Positions 41,701 through 50,107 of a stretch of 64,000 nucleotides of DNA are shown here, one piece after another. Location of the stretch: NCBI GenBank assembly GCA_018818105.1, contig JAHISK010000055.1:4781-68780 (forward strand). The letters are read 5' to 3'. Under the pieces are notes generated by a model. The model was not told the DNA's origin. It saw nothing but the letters and a program-made list of their open reading frames with translations, and made no database searches. Source of the stretch: Candidatus Omnitrophota bacterium (GTDB lineage: Bacteria > Omnitrophota > Gorgyraeia > Duberdicusellales > 4484-171). The translations under genes and the position numbers were made by a program. Within the stretch, counting starts at the first letter, position 1. The number at the start of each line of letters is the position of its first letter.

Positions 41701-41789
41701 TCAGCGCCGCTCAGCGTTTCCGCATCCACGCGTATCCCAAAAGAACAAACTAACCCAACTAACACAAAAAGTTTAAACATCCTACTCAT
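38760..41789 (-). CDS. Large secreted protein of unknown function (about 1009 aa from ATG 41789; signal peptide MSRMFKLFVLVGLVCSFGIRVDA)
   Basis: GGGAGG ribosome-binding site 9 nt before ATG 41789. The track's extended start 41906 reads through a polypyrimidine, repeat-rich leader. Confidence 0.6.
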   Translation of the reverse strand: MSRMFKLFVLVGLVCSFGIRVDAETLSGADKNTAFRMIGAYIETGGILRALNDLNTNSLNSIQLKDSRGDVSLTVNNKGEYITSPGGKTLFTFIWDAESGAMYKIATIIYEGNKPIYSVSFTMNEDGSIEMNNVWTLFDEFGQPTFRIALSDNTPNDYKIVKWVNDLFIKAGPDAINLEFIDGQFCLTGSNEQKIIVDIKDVRKQALGLVSIEYLIESIIASEDLVEIGNLREAIKAMHADENMIIDAINAVTPNTVSDGGLDAYLNNLAGAEQFIAVVNAIMDYRYDDPAYPDSTMKLGLLANDSDTDAEGTSINRARAIIKNKLNDVDAFFKDAESVNELVDRLASADREILEQNIITNVAVVDADGNKTPIYYQLYTLFDASTAGDNYADYSVILERLHVWGARSGQLNAVKLTDFQIRSLRQRYFAGGVDTIIYLDENGDVIDPNTYHHEYLSIEDTAVAMIEIIDYVPTNLDLLLGRLDQRLEELFGVNGLLAGSLISDGTYQYMVIGLGGDIETIADINIEEIELDVATGEVIGKYKGYLKVYKKKVMVEVGDETSASRYEWMLNPNLTEEDLDNAKAVYADTLCSLAPEVGLSLSRERTTHIMFGKTNAAENNTLESVIYGNLEFTDENIDAIINYIADKKDYHTSYCLDASTRSKLKSMSMEDKRELVDFLFNLVNGNPEGVVLNRSDTRFFGEDGERICMNFLEENGEIRLWIGEETVDTNGVKSTQYNNDNVIAYDASIVKADFLRLRDSAAAEITYDQTFLNNLAKVNVYISGVSMQGTLKNVNLVGEDFTKELPKENQILSINLDQLAMAIQDGGDPAYTSYVLGVTDEQGVALTSSNLEQYKDPANGLDRIRVDAAVWYWTDIENVVHVDQYWWNNLITQDQRNAFDAEIANCNANLAAGEKPAVKQFYNEEENPEAVLVSKITVDFRYVEGYERAEAVTQIQNTLTDPAANPLTCYGLQSEAREGDASGVGVYVYMLGFNSGDFQAHVGWQDLLM

Positions 41790-41919
41790 ACTACCGTACC
41801 TCCCTCTTTTTTCTACAATATTATTATTCTTATTATTACCTACTCTCTGTTTTCTCATCCTTCGTCCTTCTTCCCTCATCTCTCGTTTCATCTTCATCCT
41901 CCCCATATTTATTTATATC

Positions 41920-42390
41920 TATTATCTCCAATCTCCCATCTATAATCTGCCATCTAAAAAAAAGCCGGGTCACCCAACTTTTCTGTTCGGCAACCCGGCT
42001 CCTAAATACGTAGAAACGCGACTAAAAATACTTTAGCAATCACATTTCCACTATCTACGCCGTGGCTTTCCCCTCTTACTCTAAACGAATAAGAAGAGCT
42101 TTTTCGTAGAAAGTCAAAATTAACTTATTCCCTTCAAAGAACCTTTATTTCACCCACTTACCACCTCGTAGGTGGTAAGTATCTGCTATCTGAAATCTCC
42201 CATCTCCCATCTAAAAAAAAGAAACCGGGCCACCTTCTATTCGGCAGCCCGGCTAAACTAAATGTAGAAATGCGCATGTATCTAAGAGAAAAACCTCCCC
42301 TCATCAACTGCTACCTTCTACTCCCGTGGCTTTCCCCTCTTACTCTAAACGAATAAGAAGAGCTTTTCGTAGAAAGAAAACTAAGAAAAA
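41920..42390 (-). repeat. Two tandem ~264-bp leader units, each ending in a GCCGGG hairpin terminator (41955-42000 and 42212-42253), upstream of secreted-protein gene 38760..41789
   Basis: Conserved block ccgtggctttcccctcttactctaaacgaataagaagagctttt(t)cgtagaaag at 42060-42114 and 42324-42376. AATCTCCCATCT repeats sit before each A-tract plus hairpin. Confidence 0.65.
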
Positions 42391-42711
42391 AATAGCCCGA
42401 CTAAATAACTATTTTCCTCTATTATAATAAAGAACTGTTAAATTCCTAATTACCCTAATTGTTAAATACTTATTGAAAATATTGATCTTATGCCTCCCCT
42501 TTGGCATGTTACACATATATACCATATATTTACCATATTTTTCAAGCTTTTCTAGCATTTTTTTTCAAAAAATTCATCTTCTTTCATAACTATTTGATAA
42601 TCAACCAGTAATGAACCTCAAAAATAGAGAATTTTTATATTTATTTTCCCGTATCTTTAAATAAAGCATATTTTTCACGCATATTAGCCTCTTCGGTATA
42701 AAATAGTTCCC

Positions 42712-42745
42712 TGCCCCCCTTTTTCAAAAAAAAAAAGGGGGGGGA
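42712..42745. repeat. Homopolymer hairpin CCCCCCTTTTT-CAAAAAA-AAAAAGGGGGGGG, about 70 nt upstream of the HTH-MNT promoter
   Basis: C6 and G8 tracts are unusual in this AT-rich context. Confidence 0.5.
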
Positions 42746-42809
42746 GGAGATAGTTGTGGTTTTTCCATCTTTCACGATATCTACAAACATTCACCCAACA
42801 GAAAATTAC

Positions 42810-42864
42810 TTGACAAACACCCTAATGTAAGATATATTTTACACATGTAAACAAAAATTTACAT
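42810..42864 (+). promoter_or_regulatory. Near-consensus sigma70 promoter (TTGACA-17-TATATT) plus palindromic operator ATGTAAA-N6-TTTACAT, upstream of the HTH-MNT/HEPN/PIN operon
   Basis: ttgacaaacaccctaatgtaagatatattttacacATGTAAAcaaaaaTTTACATaattATG. Confidence 0.5.
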
Positions 42865-42868
42865 AATT

Positions 42869-43498
42869 ATGCAAAAACTACTCGACAATATCTTAAATAC
42901 TCCGGTAAAAGTGAAAATATTACGCTTGCTCACCTACAGGCCCCCCACTTACTTAGTCTCTGGACGAGAAATTGCCCGATTAATACATGTTAGCGCGCCC
43001 ACCGCGCATGCCGCGCTAAAAGAATTATATAATACTGATATTTTGCAATTAGAAATCATTAGCAGAAACCATATCTATCGGCTAAACATAAAGAATAGAA
43101 CCGTTAAAGATATTATTATTCCTATGTTTAAAAAAGAGGAGTCTCTAAAACAGGACATTATTACTTTTATAAAAAAACAGATTACATCTAACAATATAAA
43201 AAAGAACATTATTTCCCTCATTCTCTACGGAAGCTTTCAAACAGAAACAACCACTGAAAAAAGCGACATCGATATAGCAATAATTGCTGAGTCTAGCGCG
43301 GCTACACAAAAAATCGAAAAAACATTCAGTAAAGAGATAACAGATAAATTTCATGATTATTTCGGTATTCATCTCGATATTTACATAAAAACTAAAGAAG
43401 AATTTATAGAGCGGCTCAAGAAAAATTTACCGCCAGTTTCGACATTAATAAAATCTTACTATATAATTTATGGTAAAGATCCTTTGGATTTAAAATAA
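42869..43498 (+). CDS. Winged-HTH + minimal nucleotidyltransferase (MNT, Pol-beta superfamily) protein; antitoxin-like partner of HEPN
   Basis: N-terminal wHTH (LVSGREIARLIHVSAPTAHAALKEL). NTase motif LILYGSFQTETTTEKSDIDIAII. Confidence 0.65.
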   Translation: MQKLLDNILNTPVKVKILRLLTYRPPTYLVSGREIARLIHVSAPTAHAALKELYNTDILQLEIISRNHIYRLNIKNRTVKDIIIPMFKKEESLKQDIITFIKKQITSNNIKKNIISLILYGSFQTETTTEKSDIDIAIIAESSAATQKIEKTFSKEITDKFHDYFGIHLDIYIKTKEEFIERLKKNLPPVSTLIKSYYIIYGKDPLDLK

Positions 43499-43499
43499 A

Positions 43500-43907
43500 A
43501 TGTCTCCTAAAAAAATTAAAATACGACAAGAAGAAAAATCAGCAGCGGCAGATTACCTTAAAAAAGCTGAAGATAATCATGCTGAAATGATACTTGCGTT
43601 ACAAAATAAAAATTATAACGCGGTAGGAACATTAGCCATACAACGCGCTATCTCATCCGCCGATGCTATCTGTGTTTATGAAAAAGGAATAAGATCTATC
43701 TCTGAAGTCCATCTTGATGTATGTGAACTTTTAAAATCTCTGCCCCTTCCAGACGCGAAAGATAAAAGTAATATTTTAAAACGGATTATTGCCAAAAAAA
43801 ATATCATCCAATATGAAAGGCGAAGTATTTACGAAAAAGAAGCACATGAAATAGCTAAATCCGCTAATAGACTTTATCAATGGGTTATTATAGTGCTGAC
43901 AAAATAA
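43500..43907 (+). CDS. HEPN-domain protein; candidate RNase toxin of the HEPN/MNT pair
   Basis: 135 aa, all-alpha, R-x7-H-like motif in ERRSIYEKEAHE. A 1-nt gap to the MNT gene indicates translational coupling. Confidence 0.55.
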   Translation: MSPKKIKIRQEEKSAAADYLKKAEDNHAEMILALQNKNYNAVGTLAIQRAISSADAICVYEKGIRSISEVHLDVCELLKSLPLPDAKDKSNILKRIIAKKNIIQYERRSIYEKEAHEIAKSANRLYQWVIIVLTK

Positions 43908-43954
43908 CATTTAAATATATTGCGAAAAATATACCCTTGCATTACAATAAAAAC

Positions 43955-44545
43955 ATGACAAAAAAAATAATAAAGATCATCCTCGACACCAGCATATTCG
44001 TTAACCCTGACTCCCGGCACTTTTTCGGCAATAAACCCCATGAGGCCCTCGATAATTTCTTAAGTTTAGTTAAAAAAACAAATCACATAACCTGTTATAT
44101 CCCCCCTTCTGTATATGAAGAACTGATGAAATTCATGGAAAAGCCTATTTCTGCTAAAAAAGCCATACTTATCAATAAAAAACCGCCAGCTTCTTATAAA
44201 ACGCCGATACCAGCCCTTTTTCTATATGAATTTATTGAAGAAATGCGGCAGCGCTTAAATAAAGGCCTGCGAATTGCCGAAAAGTACGCCCGTAAAAGTT
44301 CCGGGGGCAGTAAAACAACCCCTCACGATAGCATCATTAAAAGCCTTCGTGAAGAATACCGAGTAGCTTTACGGGAAGGAATTCTCGACAGTAAAGAGGA
44401 TTTTGACTTAATTCTTCTTGCTTATGAGCTCGGCGCTCACTTATCTACTTCTGATAACGGCCTCATAAAATGGGCGCAAAAACTAGGCATCCCCTGTCTA
44501 TCCGCGGAAGAACTGAAAGAAATAATCAATCAGACTGAAGACTAA
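43955..44545 (+). CDS. PIN-domain nuclease-like protein (196 aa from ATG 43955)
   Basis: IILDTSIF... N-terminal acidic motif, ...YEEL..., and DFDLILLAYELGAHLSTSD C-terminal acidic motif. The track start 43880 overlaps the HEPN gene. Confidence 0.5.
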   Translation: MTKKIIKIILDTSIFVNPDSRHFFGNKPHEALDNFLSLVKKTNHITCYIPPSVYEELMKFMEKPISAKKAILINKKPPASYKTPIPALFLYEFIEEMRQRLNKGLRIAEKYARKSSGGSKTTPHDSIIKSLREEYRVALREGILDSKEDFDLILLAYELGAHLSTSDNGLIKWAQKLGIPCLSAEELKEIINQTED

Positions 44546-44554
44546 ATCTTTTCT

Positions 44555-44710
44555 TCGTTGACCCATGCCCCATATAATTTACCATTTACCATTTACCATT
44601 TACCATTTACCATTTACCATTTTAAATTATTAAATATTTTTCCTCTTAAGCAAATGATAATTTTAAAATGTTAATTGGTAAATTTAAAATTTCTGACCCT
44701 TGACCCTTTT
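44555..44710. repeat. About 150-bp dispersed repeat element, copy B, with (CATTTAC) x5 tract, between the convergent PIN and CNNM genes
   Basis: Aligns with 36647-36780; differs in heptad copy number and about 6 substitutions. Confidence 0.8.
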
Positions 44711-44714
44711 TATA

Positions 44715-45689
44715 TTATATCTTAATAATCGACGTAAGAATCTCGCGAATTAAATCCTGCAGAGTTACTATTCCATATACTTTTTTATCTTTAATCACTA
44801 AAGCTATACTTTCTTTTTTAGATTTGAGCAGCGTAAATGCTTCATAAAGTTTTTGGTTAGCATTTATCTTTGTTAGCGGACGAATAAACTTTTTCCAATC
44901 ACAGAGAGGGTTATAAAATAAATCATATATATTAATGTATCCAATAATTTCTTTATTCTTTTCTTTCGATGAAAATACCGGATAGCGCGTTAACCCACTC
45001 TTCTTTGCTATTTTTAATATATGGTCATAAGAATCGGAATAATTCACGGTAACCACTTTCTCTAAATCCATGCTGACATCCCTAACATTATCTACCCGAA
45101 AATCAAAAACGTCCTCGATCGCCTGTTGTTCACCTTTATCAATACCCCCTTCTTTCTCTATCTCTTTTATAATAAACTTAATTTCCTCCTTGGTGACAAA
45201 CAAAGATTTCCTTTTCACTTTACCTATAAAAGTTTTTACTAAAAATTTAGTGACCCCATCAATACTCCTTACTCCCAGAAAAAAAAGTTTTTCAAAAAAA
45301 GTAAGTACTCTGCTAACTCGACAATTAAACTCTTCCCTAAAAAGACGGCCTATATTCTTAGGGATAAGCTCCGCGAAAATAACAATTACCGGCGTGTATA
45401 AAAGAGTAATCCACACGTTACTGTTTCCCACTCCTATTTTTATCAAAAAAAATGTGAGCAAACTTGAACTAATTACTAATGAAATATTTGTGCCTATCAA
45501 TGTGGTAGCCAAAAATCTTTCCGGCTCCAGCATAAGACGGTAAACCTCCTCCGCGCGCCAATCCCCTTTAGCCTGGCGATGCCGCAGTTTTATAAGCCGC
45601 GATGAAATAAAACTAATCTCACTAGCGGCGAAAAAAGCCTGTAGCAATATGAAAAATACGCATCCTATTATATAAAAATATATCATCAT
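44715..45689 (-). CDS. CNNM/DUF21 + CBS-pair hemolysin-family (CorC/TlyC-like) membrane protein
   Basis: Four N-terminal TM helices, then CBS pair. Confidence 0.7.
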   Translation of the reverse strand: MMIYFYIIGCVFFILLQAFFAASEISFISSRLIKLRHRQAKGDWRAEEVYRLMLEPERFLATTLIGTNISLVISSSLLTFFLIKIGVGNSNVWITLLYTPVIVIFAELIPKNIGRLFREEFNCRVSRVLTFFEKLFFLGVRSIDGVTKFLVKTFIGKVKRKSLFVTKEEIKFIIKEIEKEGGIDKGEQQAIEDVFDFRVDNVRDVSMDLEKVVTVNYSDSYDHILKIAKKSGLTRYPVFSSKEKNKEIIGYINIYDLFYNPLCDWKKFIRPLTKINANQKLYEAFTLLKSKKESIALVIKDKKVYGIVTLQDLIREILTSIIKI

Positions 45690-46897
45690 TTTTGCAAAAT
45701 TACACTAAGAATTCTTCGTTTAGTCGCTTTTTCCACAAAGAAGATTAGATTACCATACTTAAAAGTATCTCCTTTTTTAGGGATTTTCTCCATAGCCGAC
45801 AATAAAAATCCTGCCACCGTATCCTCTTCTTCGGGAAGACCTAAATCCAATTCTAAATTTAAAGTCTTTATCGGTTCTTTACCGTGCACCCGCCATTTAC
45901 CTTCATCTATTTTTTGTAAAAGTTGGCGCGGAGTCTCAAACTCATCATAAATCTCGCCAAATATTTCCTCTTGAATATCTTCTAACGTAACTAGGCCTTC
46001 TGTTCCGCCATATTCATCCAGAACAATCGCCGCGCGTTGTTGTTTTTCTTTGAATATTTTAAGAAGGTCATCAATCCTTTTACTTTCAGGAACAAAGATA
46101 ACCTCTCTTAATAATTTACGATAATCTTTACTGGGATTAAGAAAAACATCTTTAGCATAAAGAATTCCTATAATATTATCTAAAGATTTATCGTATACGG
46201 GAAACTTAGAATGTTTCTTTTCCCTCAATATGTCAAAAACCTCTTTTTGAGAATGAGTACTGTCTATACCTTGAATATCAATACGCGCTGTAATAACCTC
46301 ACTAACCCAAGTATCCTTAAACTCTAAAACATAGCTAATCATTTCCTCTTCAGCGGCGGTAATTTGCCCTTCCTTTTTACCTAAAAATAACACCGTCTTT
46401 AGCTCTTCATCACTAAACGTTACTCTCGTTTTATATCGATGAATAAACAAAGATAAAAACCACTCTACCACCTTCTCCATAGTAACAATAAAAGGAGCGA
46501 AAATTTTAGAAAAAATTGATAATACCGGTGACGAACCAAGAGATATTTTTTCTGCTAAATGAATCGCGATAGTTTTAGGAAAAATTTCCCCAAGATAAAG
46601 AATAATCGTACCACTACCAATTATCGCTAGAATCATGCCGGGTTTACCCCAAATTTTCACGCAAATAGCCACGGCTAACGATGAAAGACCTATATTAACA
46701 AGTATATTGCCAAAAACAAGCGCCGAAAGTAGACGCGCGGGACGATTAAGTAACTTTTCAATAATTTGAGCTTGAGGATACTTTTCTTTAAGCCGTTGCA
46801 GACGTAACTTACCTAGAGAAAATATAGCAGTTTCCGAAGCGGAAAAAAACGCGGAAAGAATAATAAACGTAATAAAAATAAATATATTAAGTATCAT
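45686..46897 (-). CDS. CNNM/DUF21 + CBS + CorC_HlyC transporter-associated domain protein; paralog of the downstream gene
   Basis: 403 aa; DUF21 TM region, CBS pair and C-terminal CorC-like region. Overlaps 44715..45689 by 4 nt. Confidence 0.7.
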   Translation of the reverse strand: MILNIFIFITFIILSAFFSASETAIFSLGKLRLQRLKEKYPQAQIIEKLLNRPARLLSALVFGNILVNIGLSSLAVAICVKIWGKPGMILAIIGSGTIILYLGEIFPKTIAIHLAEKISLGSSPVLSIFSKIFAPFIVTMEKVVEWFLSLFIHRYKTRVTFSDEELKTVLFLGKKEGQITAAEEEMISYVLEFKDTWVSEVITARIDIQGIDSTHSQKEVFDILREKKHSKFPVYDKSLDNIIGILYAKDVFLNPSKDYRKLLREVIFVPESKRIDDLLKIFKEKQQRAAIVLDEYGGTEGLVTLEDIQEEIFGEIYDEFETPRQLLQKIDEGKWRVHGKEPIKTLNLELDLGLPEEEDTVAGFLLSAMEKIPKKGDTFKYGNLIFFVEKATKRRILSVILQK

Positions 46898-47048
46898 CTC
46901 TCAATCAAAACATTTTCCTTAGATTCTTGCCCTAAACCACGCTTACGAAATAAACTCTGGTTAGGGGGGTCGTTAAATTATACCATCCTTCACTCTAAAA
47001 AGAAATCATATTTCCACCCCTATATTCTGAGCTAGGATTAGAGCATGA

Positions 47049-47942
47049 TTAAAAAATACATTTATTATGTATAAACAATAGGCTGTTTATAGGTAAAGAT
47101 AAAAATTCACTTACCGCCGGACATTTTGATTTAAAAAGATAAAAAATATCCTTATCCCCCCTAAACGCCTCAAAATTCCCCTGGCCCTTACTTATAACAA
47201 AATCCGCGTTTTTATAAACCTTCTTAAAGTAATCAGAAGTCTTTGATAAAATTAATCCTGGATAATCACACCCGGAAGAAAACACTTTAGCCACAGCATG
47301 CAATCCAACGCGCTTAGCGTCTGAAATCAAAATATCATTTATAATAGGCGCTGACCTGACCGCGTAAAAAATTTTTATTCGCGGATTATCCTTCAAAATA
47401 GCTTTTATAAAAAACTTATCAAAAAACGCTTCCCCGCAATTATCCCCCACAATTAAAACATTTTTGGCGGTATCTAACTTATTTATAAAAATATTAAAAT
47501 GATCAATTCTCAACTTGGCTCTTTTAAGTTCCTCAATAAGCTTATCTAGCTCAGGAATTTTACCCACGCCAAAATCTATAGCATTAGCGGCGCAACTCAT
47601 TCTGGCGGTAGTATGCAAAAAATTTCCTCCCGTTTTAAATAACCTCTCTATTTCATCCGCTGACTTTATTAAATAGTTTTCAATTCTTAATTTTTCTTTG
47701 AGGAAAATATCTTTTACACCGCTGACTTTAGATATACTTCTATATATTGTCCTGCCAAAAACAACCGGCGGCTGATCAAAGTCAAAAGTTAACAACTTCT
47801 TAGTCAAAATACTAAATAATTCTTTTCTTTTCGATTTAGTAAGCTTAATTAAAGAAGCGGTAACATCTGCCTGCCTTAGAAAACAACTAATACATTTAGA
47901 AGAAGTCTTCATAGCCCAATTATCATACCAACTAATTTTCAA
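47049..47942 (-). CDS. DUF89 / ARMT1-like damage-control phosphatase family protein
   Basis: DNxGE motif in VGDNCGEAFFDKFF; Cys-rich N-terminus. Confidence 0.55.
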   Translation of the reverse strand: MKISWYDNWAMKTSSKCISCFLRQADVTASLIKLTKSKRKELFSILTKKLLTFDFDQPPVVFGRTIYRSISKVSGVKDIFLKEKLRIENYLIKSADEIERLFKTGGNFLHTTARMSCAANAIDFGVGKIPELDKLIEELKRAKLRIDHFNIFINKLDTAKNVLIVGDNCGEAFFDKFFIKAILKDNPRIKIFYAVRSAPIINDILISDAKRVGLHAVAKVFSSGCDYPGLILSKTSDYFKKVYKNADFVISKGQGNFEAFRGDKDIFYLFKSKCPAVSEFLSLPINSLLFIHNKCIF

Positions 47943-48154
47943 TTTGCAACCTTCTTATCGGAAACAAAAACAAAAGACTTCAGACATTTGACATCCGACT
48001 ATAGACAGAAAAACAAAGACTCCAATCTATTGTCTGTGGTCAGCTATCTAAAGTCGATAGTCTTGACTTGGCTTTTTCATGAATTTTTGATAAGATAGAA
48101 AACCATGAAAAATAATCTATTTATAGGAACCAGCGGCTATAATTATAATTAAAA

Positions 48155-50107
48155 ATGAAAAATTACGAACTAAAACCTTTCACGGGAGATTCAACTTTCA
48201 ATTACAAAAAAAATCTAAATCCTCAACAAATAAAAGTTATTGAAGAAGCCGACGGACCCTGCCTAGTCTTAGCGGGAGCGGGCAGCGGTAAAACAAGAAT
48301 ATTAATTTACCGCCTAGCCTATCTGCTAAATCAAGGAGTTTATCCGGAAAATATTCTCTTAGTTACTTTTACTAATAAAGCGGCGCTTGAAATGATTCAC
48401 CGCTCAGAAGCGCTTATGAACTCAACTCTATCAAAATTATGGGCGGGAACTTTCCATCATATAGGAAACTTAATCTTAAGAAAAGAAGCCCCTCTAATTG
48501 ACTATACATCCAACTTCACAATCGCCGATACCGCTGACGCCTGCGATTTAATTGATGATAGTGTGCAGGAACTGGGCATTTTTAATAAAGACAAACTTTT
48601 TCCCAAGAAAAACATTATTTATAATATCCGCAGCCTCGCCGATAACACGCAGAAAGATGCGGAAGAAATCATAGACGAATTCTATCCTTACGTTGGGGAA
48701 TACACTCCTTACATTAAAAAAGTCCTAACTCATTACGCGAAAAAAAAGAAAGAGGCAAATGTCATGGACTTTGACGACTTACTCATCAACTGGCTCAAAC
48801 TCCTCAACATAGACCAAGTCTGCCAGCGATACTCTCAGTTATTTCGATATGTCATGATAGACGAATATCAGGACACTAACAAATTACAGTTTAAGATCTT
48901 GCAGAAACTATCGTCTTACTATAAAAACATCCTTGCCGTAGGAGACGACGCGCAATCAATCTATTCTTTTAGAGGAGCTGACATTAAGAATCTATTAGAT
49001 TTCCCCCGTGTTTTTAAAAACGCGAAAATTTTCAAACTGGAAACAAACTATCGGTCAACGCCACAGGTACTTTCTCTGGCTAATGAAGTAATAGCCCGCA
49101 ACATTAATCAGTTCCCTAAAAAACTTCAGGCGGTTAAAGAATCTGGCGAAGCGCCTATGGCAATTAAAGCTAAAGACGTTTACCAACAGGCAAAGTTTGT
49201 CGGTCAACGCGTTATAGCACTGCATAATGAAGGAATCCCCTTAAAAGAAATGGCAGTATTATTTCGATCCCGTTTCCAGGCCCTAGAACTGGAAGTTGAA
49301 CTTCTAAAAAGAAATATTCCTTACGTTGTAAGAGGCGGCGTACGTTTTTTTGAACAAGCTCACATTAAAGATGTCCTCTCCTATCTTAAAGCCTTAATTA
49401 ACCCAAAAGATGAACTTGCATTTAAAAGAGCTTTATCTTTACACAAAGGTATCGGCAGAGGGTTCGCTCATAAAATATGGGGGGAAATGACAAAAGAAAA
49501 TAAAAGCCTCTCTGAAATAGAAAAAACTCTTCCTAAAAGAACAAAGGAAGGATTCAACCACTTTGCCTCAATCATGGAAACCCTTAAACAATCAACCACT
49601 CCTCAAAAAGCGATAACTGAAATACTAAAGTTTTATAAAGACCATTGCTACTTATCCTTTGAACGGCCGGAAGACCGAATTCTTGATTTGGAAGAACTAT
49701 CAAAAATGGCCGCGCGGCAATCTTCAATTAAGAGTTTCGTTACTGACTTAGACGCCTTTGAATCGTTTAAGGGGCAATCTTTTACTTCGACCACAGATAT
49801 TGAAGACCTTCTCATTCTATCCACAATTCACCAGGCTAAAGGACTGGAATGGGAAACGGTTTTTATCATTGGATTCAGCGACTATGATTTCCCTCACCCC
49901 AAAGCGTTAAACTCTAAGGAATCCATGGAAGAAGAACGGCGGCTATTCTACGTAGCCAGTACGCGGGCAAAATCCTTACTGCACATAGTGTATCCGGAAC
50001 AAAAACAGACTTTTAAAAATGGGCTAGTTATTACGCGGGCGTCACAGTTTTTGCATGAACTGCCCAAAGAAACTTACGAAGAATACGATTTAGTAGAAAA
50101 CAGATGA
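48155..50107 (+). CDS. UvrD/PcrA/Rep-family ATP-dependent DNA helicase
   Basis: Walker A GAGSGKTRIL; helicase motifs (…TFTNKAA…, …VGDDAQSIYSFRGA…, …TNYRS…, …TIHQAKGLEW…). Confidence 0.85.
   Translation: MKNYELKPFTGDSTFNYKKNLNPQQIKVIEEADGPCLVLAGAGSGKTRILIYRLAYLLNQGVYPENILLVTFTNKAALEMIHRSEALMNSTLSKLWAGTFHHIGNLILRKEAPLIDYTSNFTIADTADACDLIDDSVQELGIFNKDKLFPKKNIIYNIRSLADNTQKDAEEIIDEFYPYVGEYTPYIKKVLTHYAKKKKEANVMDFDDLLINWLKLLNIDQVCQRYSQLFRYVMIDEYQDTNKLQFKILQKLSSYYKNILAVGDDAQSIYSFRGADIKNLLDFPRVFKNAKIFKLETNYRSTPQVLSLANEVIARNINQFPKKLQAVKESGEAPMAIKAKDVYQQAKFVGQRVIALHNEGIPLKEMAVLFRSRFQALELEVELLKRNIPYVVRGGVRFFEQAHIKDVLSYLKALINPKDELAFKRALSLHKGIGRGFAHKIWGEMTKENKSLSEIEKTLPKRTKEGFNHFASIMETLKQSTTPQKAITEILKFYKDHCYLSFERPEDRILDLEELSKMAARQSSIKSFVTDLDAFESFKGQSFTSTTDIEDLLILSTIHQAKGLEWETVFIIGFSDYDFPHPKALNSKESMEEERRLFYVASTRAKSLLHIVYPEQKQTFKNGLVITRASQFLHELPKETYEEYDLVENR

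Noticed and set aside
41790-41906. N-terminal extension MGRMKMKREMREEGRRMRKQRVGNNKNNN... of gene 38760..41906
   Set aside because: It is encoded by a polypyrimidine, repeat-rich leader. A strong GGGAGG ribosome-binding site precedes the internal ATG at 41789, which begins a clean signal peptide.
42000-42400. Possible tRNA or tmRNA in the non-coding 41.9-42.9 kb region
   Set aside because: No cloverleaf with a T-psi-C GTTC-type loop or CCA end could be found. The hairpins are better explained as terminators and tandem leader repeats.
45070-45543. 157-aa plus-strand ORF overlapping the CNNM gene
   Set aside because: Antisense shadow ORF of a well-supported membrane-protein gene.
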